Source: Mobula hypostoma
Lineage: Eukaryota
Assembly (NCBI RefSeq): GCF_963921235.1
Contig: NC_086097.1
Coordinates: 120,902,001-120,966,000 of the forward strand
Direction of reading: 5' to 3'
DNA length: 64,000 bases
The notes beneath the pieces were generated by a model. That model made no database searches and was not told where the DNA came from. It was given only the letters and a program-made list of their open reading frames with translations. Position 1 is the first letter of the stretch. The number at the start of each line of letters is the position of its first letter. Positions 24,586 through 37,300 of the stretch are shown piece after piece. Made by a program: the position numbers and the translations under genes.

Positions 24586-27189
24586 TATGTTTATGTAGCT
24601 GCCTTTTTTTTACCACAGTCTAAAATAAAAACCTGGGATATGAAAAAAAAATCTTAAATGGATGTAAACTTAGTCTACATGACTACACTTCAAACCCTAA
24701 AGCCCAGGCAGTTGTTTCATAGTTTGGAGCAAAATCATATCACAAAATCTGTAAAGACAGAAAATGGAGGGGTCTTGTATTCCATACTACTAACCACGTG
24801 TGATACATATTCACTCTTTGGTTTATCACCTTGCTTTCTAAACACAGTATTGGCCACTTGCAAGATCAAATACACTTATAAGTAAACTTCCAACTATGCT
24901 TTGTTTTGTTTCTGGTCGTAAATGCAAGTTAGTCTTCAGTTCTTAATATGGAAATGGAAAGCGGTAATCAACTTGAAGTTAAAAAAGGCACTCTCTGTAG
25001 TACAGCTTTACAAATATACTCTATATTTTGAATGCCCTCTGTCTATGAAGAGAAGGTGCAAGTCACTACATCTGCTTTTTTACCGCACAAAATTCAGTAT
25101 AAAGCAATGGGTTGTTTAATTTGGGTTGTTTCAAACAGACAAGTTGACTCTTAAGATGCTTAGTTCAAGGAAGCTTGCAGAACAGATGGATAATATAACC
25201 CAGTCTATAAATAACTGATATACTTATAATTGAAAGGTTTCGTGCTGAAGAAGGTTATCTTCACATATCTACAGCATTAATTGAGATCTATGTGTTCAAA
25301 AGAGCTTTTAAATCATTTGTGTTAAATATCTGAGGAAATCTCATGCTTGTGGTCACTCAAGTGGAAGAAAAGGGTATTATGTAGAGAGCAGTTCTGGTTT
25401 ATTAGGAATCGGGTAAGGAACATCAAAAACATAAAAGAAACATGGGGTGAATCCGTTCCTCCAGCTTTGGTTTTTGTGACGAATTATTTGTTTGTCTGAA
25501 AGTTGTGGGTATGTCTTTTTAATTTATTGAAACTTTACATGTGCTTGGAAATCCTTTATTCTTTGTGCTTTGATCTTTATGTTTAGGAAATGGTTTGTGA
25601 TTTAGAATTTTTTAAGATAGAAATCCTCTGTGATTTTTAACTGTGTTTTAAGAATACTGCTTGGATTTAAACATATACTGCATTTACTGAAAATAAATGA
25701 ATTGTGTTTTAAACTATTTTATTAGCTGAATGTATCTTCTCCTTGGTAGGGCAAGGGCACCCACTGCTCGAATATTCGGTATTGGCGGCCAGACTCACCA
25801 TGGAAAATAAACAAGGAAGTAAACTAGTCTTTGAAGATTGGGAAGTTACATTATAATCTCCCTTTAGTGAGAGTACTCCTGGTTATTTATATCAGATAGG
25901 GCTTAAAGTCTTCTTTAGAGTTTAGGACTATGTGGTCAGCAAACCCAAGACCATTTCATACCTTTCCTATTGGATATGGATCCTATCAACAATCAGGCAA
26001 ATTCAGAAAATTGACTCTGTTAACAGGATACAGGAAAGGTGGTGCTCATCATAACATGTCACTTAGCTGGAGTGGAAATATTATCATCCTCAATTCTGAA
26101 GAGTTGCCTAAGAAGAAAAGGAAGACATGAAACATTTTATAATACTTTTTATCCTTTCCCATGAGTCAAAAATATAACGATGAGGGGGTTTGTAACATTT
26201 TGTTCTTTTCAGGTAAGTAATTCAATTTAATCTAATGGTGTGCAAAGAACTGTTGCACTGAGACACTGTGCAAATAAAAAGATGTCTGTGTTAAAGTGAG
26301 AATCGATATTGTAAGTCATTGACAATTTCCTGAAGGAATGAATGTGTGCAACTGTGCCACCTGAAATCTTTATGGTGGTTGATATTCCATCATTTCAACC
26401 TGTTCTGACAAAGAGCTTATGCATGAAAGGTTAGTTCATTGCTTTTTCTGCTTCGTGATTTATTTTTAGATCTGATTGCTATCAGTTGCCTTTCTTCATA
26501 GAATGAAATTAATTCATAGCCTCAACTACTTCAGATCACCTTATTTCACCCTGTTCTACTTCCACTTCATTTTTCCCCTCAAAAATGGATCAAGCCACTA
26601 ACTGAACGTACCTGTGCAATCTGCTTCAACTACGCTAGAAATCTGCACATCCTCACCCATCTCTACAGTTTTTCTTTATTTGACCTATCAGTAATTTCTT
26701 TATGTTGCTCCTTTTAAACCCATACACAATTTTTAAAAAATTTTTGAACATGCAAATGGTGAAGACCTATACAGAATCTAAAGATTGCCTTCAAATCACC
26801 TGAGGATTATCTTCTAGGGCCCTTAGCTCACAGTGAAGCAAAGGCCATTGTTGACCTCCCATCTTTTTCACCCAAAGTCAATGGTGTGTTTGGAGTTCAT
26901 TAATGTTTCAATAATCCATTGTACCCACCATACAAGGGATTGGCCTACACAGTTTCACCAGAGCCCTGTTGGCAGGCCTTACCTATTTCTACTTTTCATG
27001 ATGGAGATGTAGAGTTTGACCTTGAGAGGCCTAAGGATCATAGATCATCTAAAGATCTCTGACCCTTGTCCTCTTTGTCTTCTTTATTTTGAAGCAAAGA
27101 TTTCAGGACTGCACAATATTTTGCAGTCATTGCACACATTCAGTTCTATTTTGCTGTTTATACTTTTGCCAGTACTTCAGTGTCATTTT

Positions 27190-27800
27190 AGAACATAGTA
27201 CATAGAATATTGTAGCACAGTACAGGCCCTTAGGCCCACGATGTTGTGCTAGCCTTTCAACCTACTGTAAAATCAATCCAACCATTCCTTCCTATGTTGC
27301 CCTCCATTTTGCTATTATCCATGCGTGTATCTAAAAGTCTCTTAAATGTCCCTAATGTACCTGCCTCTATCATCAACTCTGGCAGGGTATTCCATGCACT
27401 TACCACTCACTGCAAAAATAAAAACTTACCTCTGACACCCCTCCTATACTTTCTTCCAATCTGCTTAAAATTATACACCCTCCTGTTAGCCATTGCCGCC
27501 CTAGGAAAAAGGCTACTCAAACTATACCTCATATTATCTTGAGTACTTCTGTCAAATAATCTCTCATCTTCCATCGCTCCAAAGAGAAAAGTCCTAGCTT
27601 GCTCAGCCAATCCTTATAAGGCATGCTCTCTAATCCAGGCAGTATTCTGATAAATCTGCTCTGTATTCTCTTCAAAGCTTATTTCTGCTAAATTTCCCCT
27701 GAATCCTCTCTAAAACATAATTCTGGTTTTCAAGCTACTTTAATAACATGAAGACCAGAATTACAAATATTACTCTAGCTGTGATCTATCCAGGCAGCCA
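27190..27800 (-). mobile_element. CR1 3' fragment
   Basis: (ACATAGA)-type tail at ~27190 and degenerate ORF2 C-terminus. Confidence 0.85.
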
Positions 27801-27809
27801 AAATGCCAT

Positions 27810-29035
27810 ATATGTCACCATATACGAACTGGAAATTCATTTTCTTGCGGGCAAACACAGCAAATACTAGAAATACAATAGAATCAATGAAAGACCTCAC
27901 CCGACAGGACGGACAATAACCAATGTGCAAAAAAAAAAGCAATAAACTGTATAAATACAAAAAGAAAGATTAAAACAAAAGAAATAATAATAATAAAAAA
28001 GCAGTAAATATCGTGAACATGAAATGAAGAGTCCTTGATAGTGAGTCTATGGGTTATGGAAACAGTTCAGTGATTGAGTGAAGGAAGTTGAGTCATGTTA
28101 TCCCCTCTAGTTCAAGAGCTTAGTGGTTGACGGGTAATAACAGTTCCTGAAGCTGGTGGTGTGGGCCCTAAGGCTCTTGCACCTTCTTCCTGATGGCAGC
28201 AATGAGAAGTGAGAATGGCCTGGATAGTGGGAGTCCTTGATGATGGATGTTGCTTTCCTGTGACAGCGTTCTGTGTAGATATGCTCAGTGCTGAAGAGGG
28301 CCTAACATGTGATGGACTAGGCTGTATCCACTACATTTTATAGGTTTTCTGAACAAAGGCATTAATGTTTCCAAACCAGGCCATGATACAATCAGCCAAT
28401 ATACTCTCCACCATACATCGACAGAAGTTTGTCAAAGTTTCAGATGACATACTGAATCTTCACGAACTAGTAAGAAAAGAGAGGTGTTACATGCAGAACC
28501 CAGGACAGGTCCTCTAAAATGGTAACACTGAGGAATTTAAAGTTGTTGACCCTCTTCACCTTTGATTCCTGAATGAGGACTGGCTCATGGACCTCTGGTT
28601 TCATCCTCCTGTAGTCAATAATCATCTCCTTGGTCGTGGTGACATTGAGTGAGAGGTTGTTATTGTGGCACCACTCAGTAGATTTTCAATCTCCCTTCTA
28701 TACGCTGATTCATCACTACCCTTGATTTGGCTCAATGACGGTAAGTGTTGTCAACAAACTTAAGTATGGCATTGGAGCTGTGCTTAGCCACACAGTGAAA
28801 AGCATAGAGCAGGGGAGTGAACACACAGCCTTGTGGTGCACCTGTGCCGACAGAGATTGCGGAGGAAATGTTGTTGCCAATCTGAACTGACTGGGATCTG
28901 CAAGTGAGGAAAATGTGAATCTAGTTACACAAGGAGGTATTGAGGCCTAGGACTTGAAGCTTAGTCCTAGGCCTCAATAGAGGGGACGATAGTATTGAAT
29001 GCGAGCTGTAGTCAATGAAAGTCAGTCAATGAAGT
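27810..29035 (-). mobile_element. Rex1/Babar-like LINE fragment (RT through 3'UTR)
   Basis: Collinear in reverse with the 59870-60880 copy (gactacagctcgcattcaatac; ggtgcaccacaaggctgtgtg). Confidence 0.75.
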
Positions 29036-29147
29036 CGAGTTGCTACAAAGGAATAAGACTATTCTTGTTTCTTGTTTTAAACTGAATTCCCTTTTACCTA
29101 ACTTATTTTCTACTCATCCACTTGCTCTGCAAGATTGTTTACACACT

Positions 29148-30110
29148 TCTGTTCTGGGACCTCTACTTTTCGTGATTTTTATTAACGACCTGGATGTCGG
29201 GGTAGAAGGGTGGGTTGGCAAGTTTGCAGATGACACAAAGGTTGGTGGTGTTGTAGATAGTGTAGAGGATTGTCAAAGATTGCAGAGAGACATTGATAGG
29301 ATGCAAAAGTGGGCTGAGAAGTAGCAGATGGAGTTCAACCCTGAGAAGTGTGAGGTGGTACACTTTGGAAGGACAAACTCCAAGGCAGAGTACAAAGTAA
29401 ATGGCAGGTGCTTGGTAGCGTGGAGCAGCAGAGAGATCTGGGGGTACATGTCCACAGATCCCTGAAAGTTGCCTCACAGGTGGATAGGGTAGTTAAGAAA
29501 GCTTATGGGGTGTTAGCTTTCATAAGTCGAGGAATAGAGTTTAAGAGTCGCGATGTAATGATGCAGCTCTATAAAACTCTGGTTAGGCCACATTTGGAGT
29601 ACTGTGTCCAGTTCTGGTCGCCCCACTATAGGAAGGATGTGGAAGCATTGGAAAGGGTACAGAGGAGATTTACCAGGATGCTGCCTGGTTTAGAAAGTAT
29701 GCATTATGATCAGAGATTAAGGGAGCTAGGGCTTTACTCTTTGGAGAGAAGAAGGATGAGAGGAGACATGATAGAGGTATACAAGATAATATGAGGAATA
29801 GATAGAGTGGATAGCCAGCGCCTTTTCCCCAGGGCAACGCTGCTCAATACAAGAGGACATGGCTTTAAGGTAAGGGGTGGGAAGTTCAAGGGGGATATTA
29901 GAGGAAGGTTTTTTACTCAGAGAGTGGTTGGTGCGTGGAATGCACTGCCTGAGTCAGTAGTGGAGGCAGATACACTAGTGAAGTTTAAGAGACTACTAGA
30001 CAGGTATATGGAGGAATTTAAGGTGGGGGCTTATATGGGAGGCAGGGTTTGAGGGTTGGCATGATATTGTGGGCCGAAGGGCCTGTACTGTGCTGTACTA
30101 TTCTATGTTT
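29148..30110 (+). mobile_element. Young CR1 3' fragment
   Basis: SVLGPLLFVIFINDLD...KFADDTK...LVRPHLEYCVQFWSPHY, with a few stops and a frameshift. Confidence 0.95.
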
Positions 30111-30449
30111 TGTATTTTGGTACACCATTCCTCTATATTATTCCTCTCCTTAGTTTAACATCATCAACATTGCCTTACAATTCTTAGTCTAAAAAATGTA
30201 CCTGTCTGGAAATCTGTCTACCTAAATGTTAAAGTTTCAGCAACCCTTTGCTGGCCATTCCACAGCCTGCCATTTGACTCCATTTCTGTTGTGAGACTCT
30301 AACGCATTTGGGTACCAAATGAGACATACTGTGCCACAAGATATAACTTATCTTGTTTTTATCTTGTTTTTCTTCAATCTCTTGTGAGATGTCTGCATAG
30401 GCCGGAGGTCATCATCCTGAGAACTGAGCAGATTGCTCAGCATTTAAGA

Positions 30450-30820
30450 GTCAATAAAATTATGAAAGGGATAGATAAGATAGAGGCAGGAAAGTTGTTT
30501 CCGCAGGTAGGTGAGACTAGAACTAGGGGACATAGCCTCAGGGTTTGGGGGAGTAGTTTTAGGATGGAGATGAGGAGGAAATGCTTTTCCCAGAATCTGT
30601 GGAATCTGTGAAATTCTCTGCCCAAATGAAACAGTGGAGGCTACCTCAGTAGATATATTTAAGATAAGGTTGGATAGATTTTTGCGTAGTAGAGATATTA
30701 AGGATTATGGAGAAAAGGCGGGTAGGTGGAGATGAGTCCATGGCCAGATCAGCCATGATCTTATTGAATGACGGAGCATGCTCTACTCCTGCTCCTACTT
30801 GTTATCTTCTTATGTTCTAA
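30450..30820 (+). mobile_element. CR1 3' fragment
   Basis: KIMKGIDKIEAGKLFPQVGETRTRGHSL peptide plus 3'UTR. Confidence 0.85.
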
Positions 30821-31584
30821 CCACATTGGTCTGAAGTCACAAAAGGATTGGGCCAGACAGGTGAAGATGCAATGTTCATCCCTTGAACAACATTAGAGAG
30901 TCAAATGGGTTTTTATAACATTCCTTTATCTCCATGGTTTCCATTTTAGGGAATTCTAGCTTTATTTAATTCACTGAACTTAAATTCCACAGTTGTCATC
31001 CTGGGATCTGAATTCATGGTGATGCAGATAGTAGAACTACTACCTCATGGGTAGAATGATCTGGGCCCAAACCTGCCCCTCCAGTGCTGTCTGTGTAGAG
31101 TTTGCACCTTCTTTCCGTATCTGCATAGGTTCTTTCCAGTTCTTTCAAGAATAACTAAATAATAAATCAGCCATGGCTATCAGGACTGGTGGAGCAGACT
31201 CAATGGGCTAACTGACTTTATTCTGCTCCCATATCTAATGATCTATGGTCTTACTCTGGCTTCTTCCTACATCCCAAAGGACATATTAGTGGTAGGATAA
31301 CTGACACTGTAAATTCCCTTTAGTGTGTAAGTGTGTCAATGGAGGGTGGTGGGTGGGAGGGCAGTGGATGAGAATGTGAGAAGAATAAAACAGGATAATT
31401 GTAGGATTCATGTAAATTGGTCAGCGTGGCCACGATAGGCAAGGTTATCTGTTCTCTGCTGTGTGACCATAATAATCCCGTCTCCAGATATTACTTAGCT
31501 TGGACACTAACATAACATTGCTCTTGGTGACCATCACTACAAGTATTTACCCAGTTTAATCATTACTAAATAATTTAAACCCCT

Positions 31585-32100
31585 TATCCAAGAAATGTTG
31601 CTGACATTGGAGAGGGTTTAAAGGAGGTTTACTACAATGATAGGGCTAATATATGAGGAGCATATGATGGCTGTGGGTCTGTACTCGCTGAGGTTTAGGA
31701 GAATGTGGAGGGATCCCTTTGAAACTTGTTAAATATTGAAAGGCCTAGAGCAAGAGGATGTGGAGAGGATGTTTCCAATAGTGAGGCAGTCTACGACCAG
31801 AAGACAGTGCCTCAGAATAGAAGGATGTTCCTTTACCACAGAAATGAAGAGGAATTTCTTTAACCAGAGGGTGGTGAATCTGAGGAATTTATTGCCAAGG
31901 ATGGCTGTGGAAGCCAAGTCATTGGGAATATTTAAAGCAGAGTTCCATAGGTCCTTGCTTCATAAAAGTGTCAAGGTTACGGGGAGAAGGCAGGTGAATG
32001 GATCTGAAAGGGTTAATAAGTCACATGATGGAATGCGGAGCAGACGCAGTGGGCCAAATGTCCGAATTCTGTTCCTATGTCTGATGGCCCTATTGTCTAA
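31585..32100 (+). mobile_element. CR1 3' fragment
   Basis: DVERMFPIV...KRNFFNQRVVNLRNLLP. Confidence 0.85.
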
Positions 32101-32249
32101 ATGTACGCTATTAGTGCCAGAAAAGCCAGAGGTCATGGAACTATAATTTACAATGGGATTACTTTGGAAACAGTCACCATCATCATCTCCGTTTCCTGAA
32201 CTAAGCTCCTTTGGTATTCTTCCCTTTGTGGCATGTTCACTGAAGGTTG

Positions 32250-33630
32250 TAAGGTTAGCTTTATTTGTCACATGTGCATCGAAACATAGAGTGAAATGAG
32301 CCGTTTGCATCAACAACCAACACCGCCCAAGGATTGCACTGCGCGCAGCCCGCAAGTGTTGCCACCCGTCTGGCACCAACATAGCATGTCAACAACTCAC
32401 TAACCCTAACCATTCATCTTTGGACTGTGGAGGACACCAGAACGCTCGGAGGAAACCCATGCAGTCATGGGAGAAGGTACAATGTGAGGGTCCTGCGTTT
32501 GCTCACCACAAAGTTCAAAACTCAAAGGAACACCTTAAACCCTATTGGATATAAATAGCCACAGGTACTGTCACTAAAGGGAGGTTATACTGTAACCACT
32601 ATTTGAGCTGTTGGTCCCCCCTTTCTACTAAGGAGAAGATTCTTCCTGCTAACAAAGTAGTTTAAAACACAGCTCATTTATTTTCAGTTATACACATTTA
32701 AGTCCAAACAACATTTTTAAAACACATTTAAAGCACACAGAGGATTTCTATCTTATAAAAGGCTTCCAAACTACAAGCTTTTTCTAAAACACAAAGGAGT
32801 TCAAAATCACACATGTAATTCCAATAGCCTAAAAAGAGATACCCATGAGCTACAGTCGCAGAAGTCAAAGGCAGATGAATGGATTCTAATTCACCTTGTG
32901 TTTCTGTCATGATTCTTGATGTTCTTTAGCCATTCCCAAAAAGCCTGAGCTGCTCTCCAAATGTATACTATTTCTTTGCTACCTGGGTGAGTTCACACAC
33001 ATGTGGTATTCTTTCAGATACCTTTCAACATAAGGGGTCTGAAAACTTCTTAGAGAAACAGCTCCCAGATACCCACAATTAATTCTGTGAAGCAATCTCC
33101 TTGGCACACAAATCTCCCAACTTATTAATATATTAGTTATTTGATATGTTAAGTGATGGCATCCATCTGGTCTCAAGCTTTCTTAAACTAAATAAGTTAG
33201 CCTGTGGTGTCTAGTTTGAAATCAGCCAAATTACATAAACTTATTGTCTTACATTACCCCTCTTGATTGGTTAGACCAGGTGCTCATAATCAACATCCTC
33301 TTCTAAATACAGTGTTTGTTTGCAAAGCTGTCTTTTTAACTTTAAGCTGATTACTGCTTTCCATTTACTTTAAGAACTGAAAAATGGCTCCTTTTCGATA
33401 CCAAGAAGCTAGACAAAGGATACTAGTTGGAGGCTTAACATTCAAATACAGCTGTTTGAACTTCAGAAGTGTCAGCTGGTCTGTTTTGAAAGCTGAGCCT
33501 GGCAAAAAACAAGACCTCCTCACCCAGGACAGTGAAGATCCATCACAACAAACACCTTGCAAATCACAAAACAGTGAACGCTGACTGGCAATCACTGGAA
33601 CTGTAAAGCATTGTGCTAATTACTGCCATA
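32250..33630 (-). mobile_element. V-SINE split by the solo LTR
   Basis: ggaggaaacccatgcagtcatgggagaaggtacaa|insert|acaccttgc restores the SINE segment gtacaaactccttac. Confidence 0.75.
32483..33547 (-). mobile_element. Solo LTR (1065 bp), TGTGA...TCACA termini, 4-bp TSD ACAA
   Basis: ACAA at 32479-32482 and 33548-33551; 5-bp terminal inverted repeat; minus-strand AATAAA at ~32677. Orientation is inferred from the polyA signal. Confidence 0.85.
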
Positions 33631-34270
33631 GTGTTCTTCTTTATCCACCCTTTCACACCACAGTCAGCTATGGTTTCACAGCTTGCATACCTGAATCATA
33701 TTTGAAACTTTCCTGAGCAGATAATTCTTCTTTCCTACTTTAGTAGTCCTTCACTGTCTTTCATTTTGATGCTTCTGGTATCGGTATTGTTAGAATCTCT
33801 AAAATTCTGGCAATACACTATCCTGTTGTTTAGGAACTCAGTAGTACTGCACTCTGGACTGTAAGCTAGGATTCCAGACTGCAAGCACCTAGACCATGGG
33901 GTCTAGACTGTGGGGTCTCTGTCTAGCCGAGGTAAGGAACATCTGGGGTTGTGGGTGTAGACTGAGCCAGGATCAAGTCCCTCCTGACTGAATGCCCCTG
34001 GCCATGTGTCCTGGGATCAGATGTCCGTGCAAGCAGGAAGCATGAGGGCCAGTGACTGCCTAGGAATGTGAAACAGCAAGTCCAGAGCTTGGAGTTCAGG
34101 GTCCCATCACTGGCGTGTCCTGCCTTCGAAGCCTGAAGGTCGATCAAGTCCAAAAGTCAAAGCTTGACGATTGAAGCCCTGGGTTTATGAGTCAGGGAAA
34201 TCAGGAGGTACATTGTCTGTGAGACCATGATTCCATTGGATGTTGAAGGCCTGCTCTGGGGTGGTCAGGA

Positions 34271-34322
34271 GTGAGTGTGTGAGTGTGTGTGTGTGTGTGT
34301 GTACGAGAAAGAGAGAGAGAGA
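34271..34322. repeat. (TG)n/(AG)n microsatellite within an unclassified retroposon (~33850-34530)
   Basis: Direct reading; the host element ends with aataaa and a (GAGTCT)n tail. Confidence 0.9.
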
Positions 34323-37300
34323 AAAGTGGGCTTGTTTTGCTGCTGTTGCTTTGTTGTTTGTTGTGTTCCATGTTGTTCTGCAGAGCACTGTGGGCATGTT
34401 CTGTGGGCACTGGAATGTGTGGTGACACTTACCCCACCACATCCTTAGGTGGCATTGGTTGTTAACACAAGCGACCCATTTCACGCTCTGTTTTAATGTA
34501 CATGCAATAAATAAATATGAGTCTGAGTCTGAGGAGCCTATGTGTTTCAGTGCTTATTATAATTGGATCTTTGTCTCTAGCTGAAATGAACTACTGTCTT
34601 CTAACCCAATAGGTTCATTGAAAAATTTACTCCATAACATGTTGAAAAAGTGAAATAAAAGTCAGTTGGGGTATCATTAGGAATAACAGCCAAGATGGTA
34701 ATTATGTTCGTGTGGTACCACCAAAGTCCCGGAGGTGCACTGTTATTAGAGATTTTTTTTTAAATCAATGATCTTCCATAAGAGGAGCGAAGAACTCTTT
34801 CATACAACCCTCACCATTTCTCAAACAAACGTCTGTCTCTTGCCAATTTGTTCCCATTCAAGTTGATTTCCAAATGTCTTAGCTATTTCAGAATGTTGTG
34901 CTAAGACAATATAAATAACATGTTCTGTTTCTTGACATGAGAAACCAACTGTTGCAATAAAATAACGATGTATCTTTTCAAGGAATCAGTCAGGTAAGCT
35001 GCAATATGCCCCATAAAGAAAAAGACAGAAAAGATTTATTTGTCACACGCACTTAGAAACACACACTGAAATGTGTCATTTGTGTCAAATCAGATCAGTG
35101 AGGACTCTGTTGTGCAGCCCACATGTTTTGCCACACTTCTGGCAACGACATAGCGTGCTCACAACACACTCACCCTAACCATTCATCTTTGGAGTGTAGG
35201 AGGAAATTGAAGCACATGGGGGAAACCTATGCGGTCATAAGGAGAACATACAAATTCCCTGCAACAGGAATTGAATTCTGATCTTGCAGCAAGTGCTGTA
35301 AATCGATCAGGCTAACTACTGTGCCAGTCCTCTTACTGCCCAGCTTTCACCAGAGTCACAATCAGAATCAGGTTTATTACCACTGACATATGCTATAAAA
35401 TGTGTTGTTTTCCGACGGCAGCACAGGTGTTATGCAATACATTAAAAGCTATTCAAATTCAAAGATTCGAAAATACAAAGAGCATTTATTATCAAAGAAT
35501 ATATAAATTATGCAGCCTTGAGATTTGTTTGCTTACAGGCGGTTGGCAAGCAAGAAACCTGAAAGGACCCAATTTTAAAAAAAAGACTAAACCCCAACCC
35601 CACCGTGCCCACAGAGAAAGAGAAATAAAAACAAAACATGCAAACGATAGAAGCCAGCAGCATCAACAGCACTCTGAACCAACTTGAGTCCTTAGATCCA
35701 AATCTCCAGAGCAGCTCTCATAGGCCCAAAGCCTTGGTATTCAGTTCATCATACTAGCAGGGAAAATCGCAGCAGAGTTCACAGGCACGAAGCACAACAG
35801 GTAGGGGTAGTCTCACAGCCTTAGTGTTGTGGAGAGAGGAGCCCCAGACTATCTTGGCCGGCGTTTAAATTGTCTAAACCTTATACTAGGACCCAATGAA
35901 TCAGTGCTGGAGAAGCCGTTCTTAGCCTCTCCAAATCGGCTCAGTTCCAGGAGCAATCTAACCTCACCCAACTCTCAATACCCTGCCTTCCAGTCTATCT
36001 GGGCCAGTGATAAATTATAATAAGAAATATACTGCATATTTTTAAAAGAGTAAATTAAATAAGTAATGCAATAAGAGTATTAAAATAATGAGGTATATCG
36101 GCCTGTTCCTGGACTGTTCAGAAATCTGATGGTAGAGGGGAAGAAGCTGTTCCTACAATGTTGAGTATGTATCTTCAGGCTCCTATATCTTCCCCATCCC
36201 CCCAACCCCGATGGTAGCAATGAAAAGAGAGCACGTCCTCTATGGTGGGGGTCCTTAATAATGAATACTGCCTTGTTGAATCACCACCTTTTGTAGATCT
36301 CCCCGACGGTGGGGTGAATTGTACCCAAGATGAAGCTGTCCGAGTTTACAACACCCCCTGAGGCTTTTTCTATTCCCGTGCAGTGGCCCCTCCATAGCAG
36401 GTAAAATGCCCTCCATGATACGTCTGCAGAAATTTTCTGGAAATTTCTACAGATCTTTGGAAAGTCCATGGATACCATAACCATTGCACTAATATTGCCC
36501 ATTCTTTCGTAATCTCATTAGTCATGGTATGTCATTTGAAACACAAAACCCCGTGGGCCGTGATGTTAAGGTTTTAACTCTGACTTCAGCCTCAATTCAT
36601 CTAGTTAAAAAGATGGTTGAAAGGGACAGTGAAGAAGATTACCACAGAATCCAACGAGATTCAGTTCTGTAATAAATATGTGTAGGGACACCACAGTTTG
36701 CATAACAGTATTATAAAGAAAGTGACCTGGGTTCAGTTCCTGCCACTGTCTGTCAGGAGTTTATATATTCTGCCCCTGACTGCATGGGTTTCCTCCCACA
36801 TTCTGAAGCCACATAGGTTAGATGGTTAATTGGTCACATGGGTGTAATTGGGTGGCAAGTGCTCATTGGGCTAAGAGGGCCTGCTGAATCTCTAAATTAA
36901 AAAAATTAAGTATCTTAACCTAACAAGCCAGGTTTCTGAAAACCCGAAGAACCTGACGAGCTGGAGAAAGGAGAGACCTGCTGAGTGAAAAAGATGCCAT
37001 TCAGCATTATTTCCTCTAAAGTTACTTACGCAACTCCCCAACAAGCTTCTTAGTCTGCCAGAGTAAAGGTAATCTTTATTTGTCATGTGTACATTGAAAC
37101 ATCACAATGTACAGTGCTGTTTGTGTCAAATCAAATCAGGAAGGATTGCGCTGAGCGGCCCATGTGTTTGGGTTGTGGGAGGAGTCCAGAGAAGCCAGCA
37201 GAGACCACCACGGTCACAGGAGAACTTACAAACTCCTTACAGATAGCAGCGGGAATTGAACCCCAATCATTGATCATCAGCTGGCACTTAAAGTGATTGC

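Noticed and set aside
8329..25736. Identical 15-mer ttagctgaatgtatc at 8329 and 25722
   Set aside because: On the order of one or more such matches is expected by chance in 64 kb of AT-rich DNA, and the flanks do not align.
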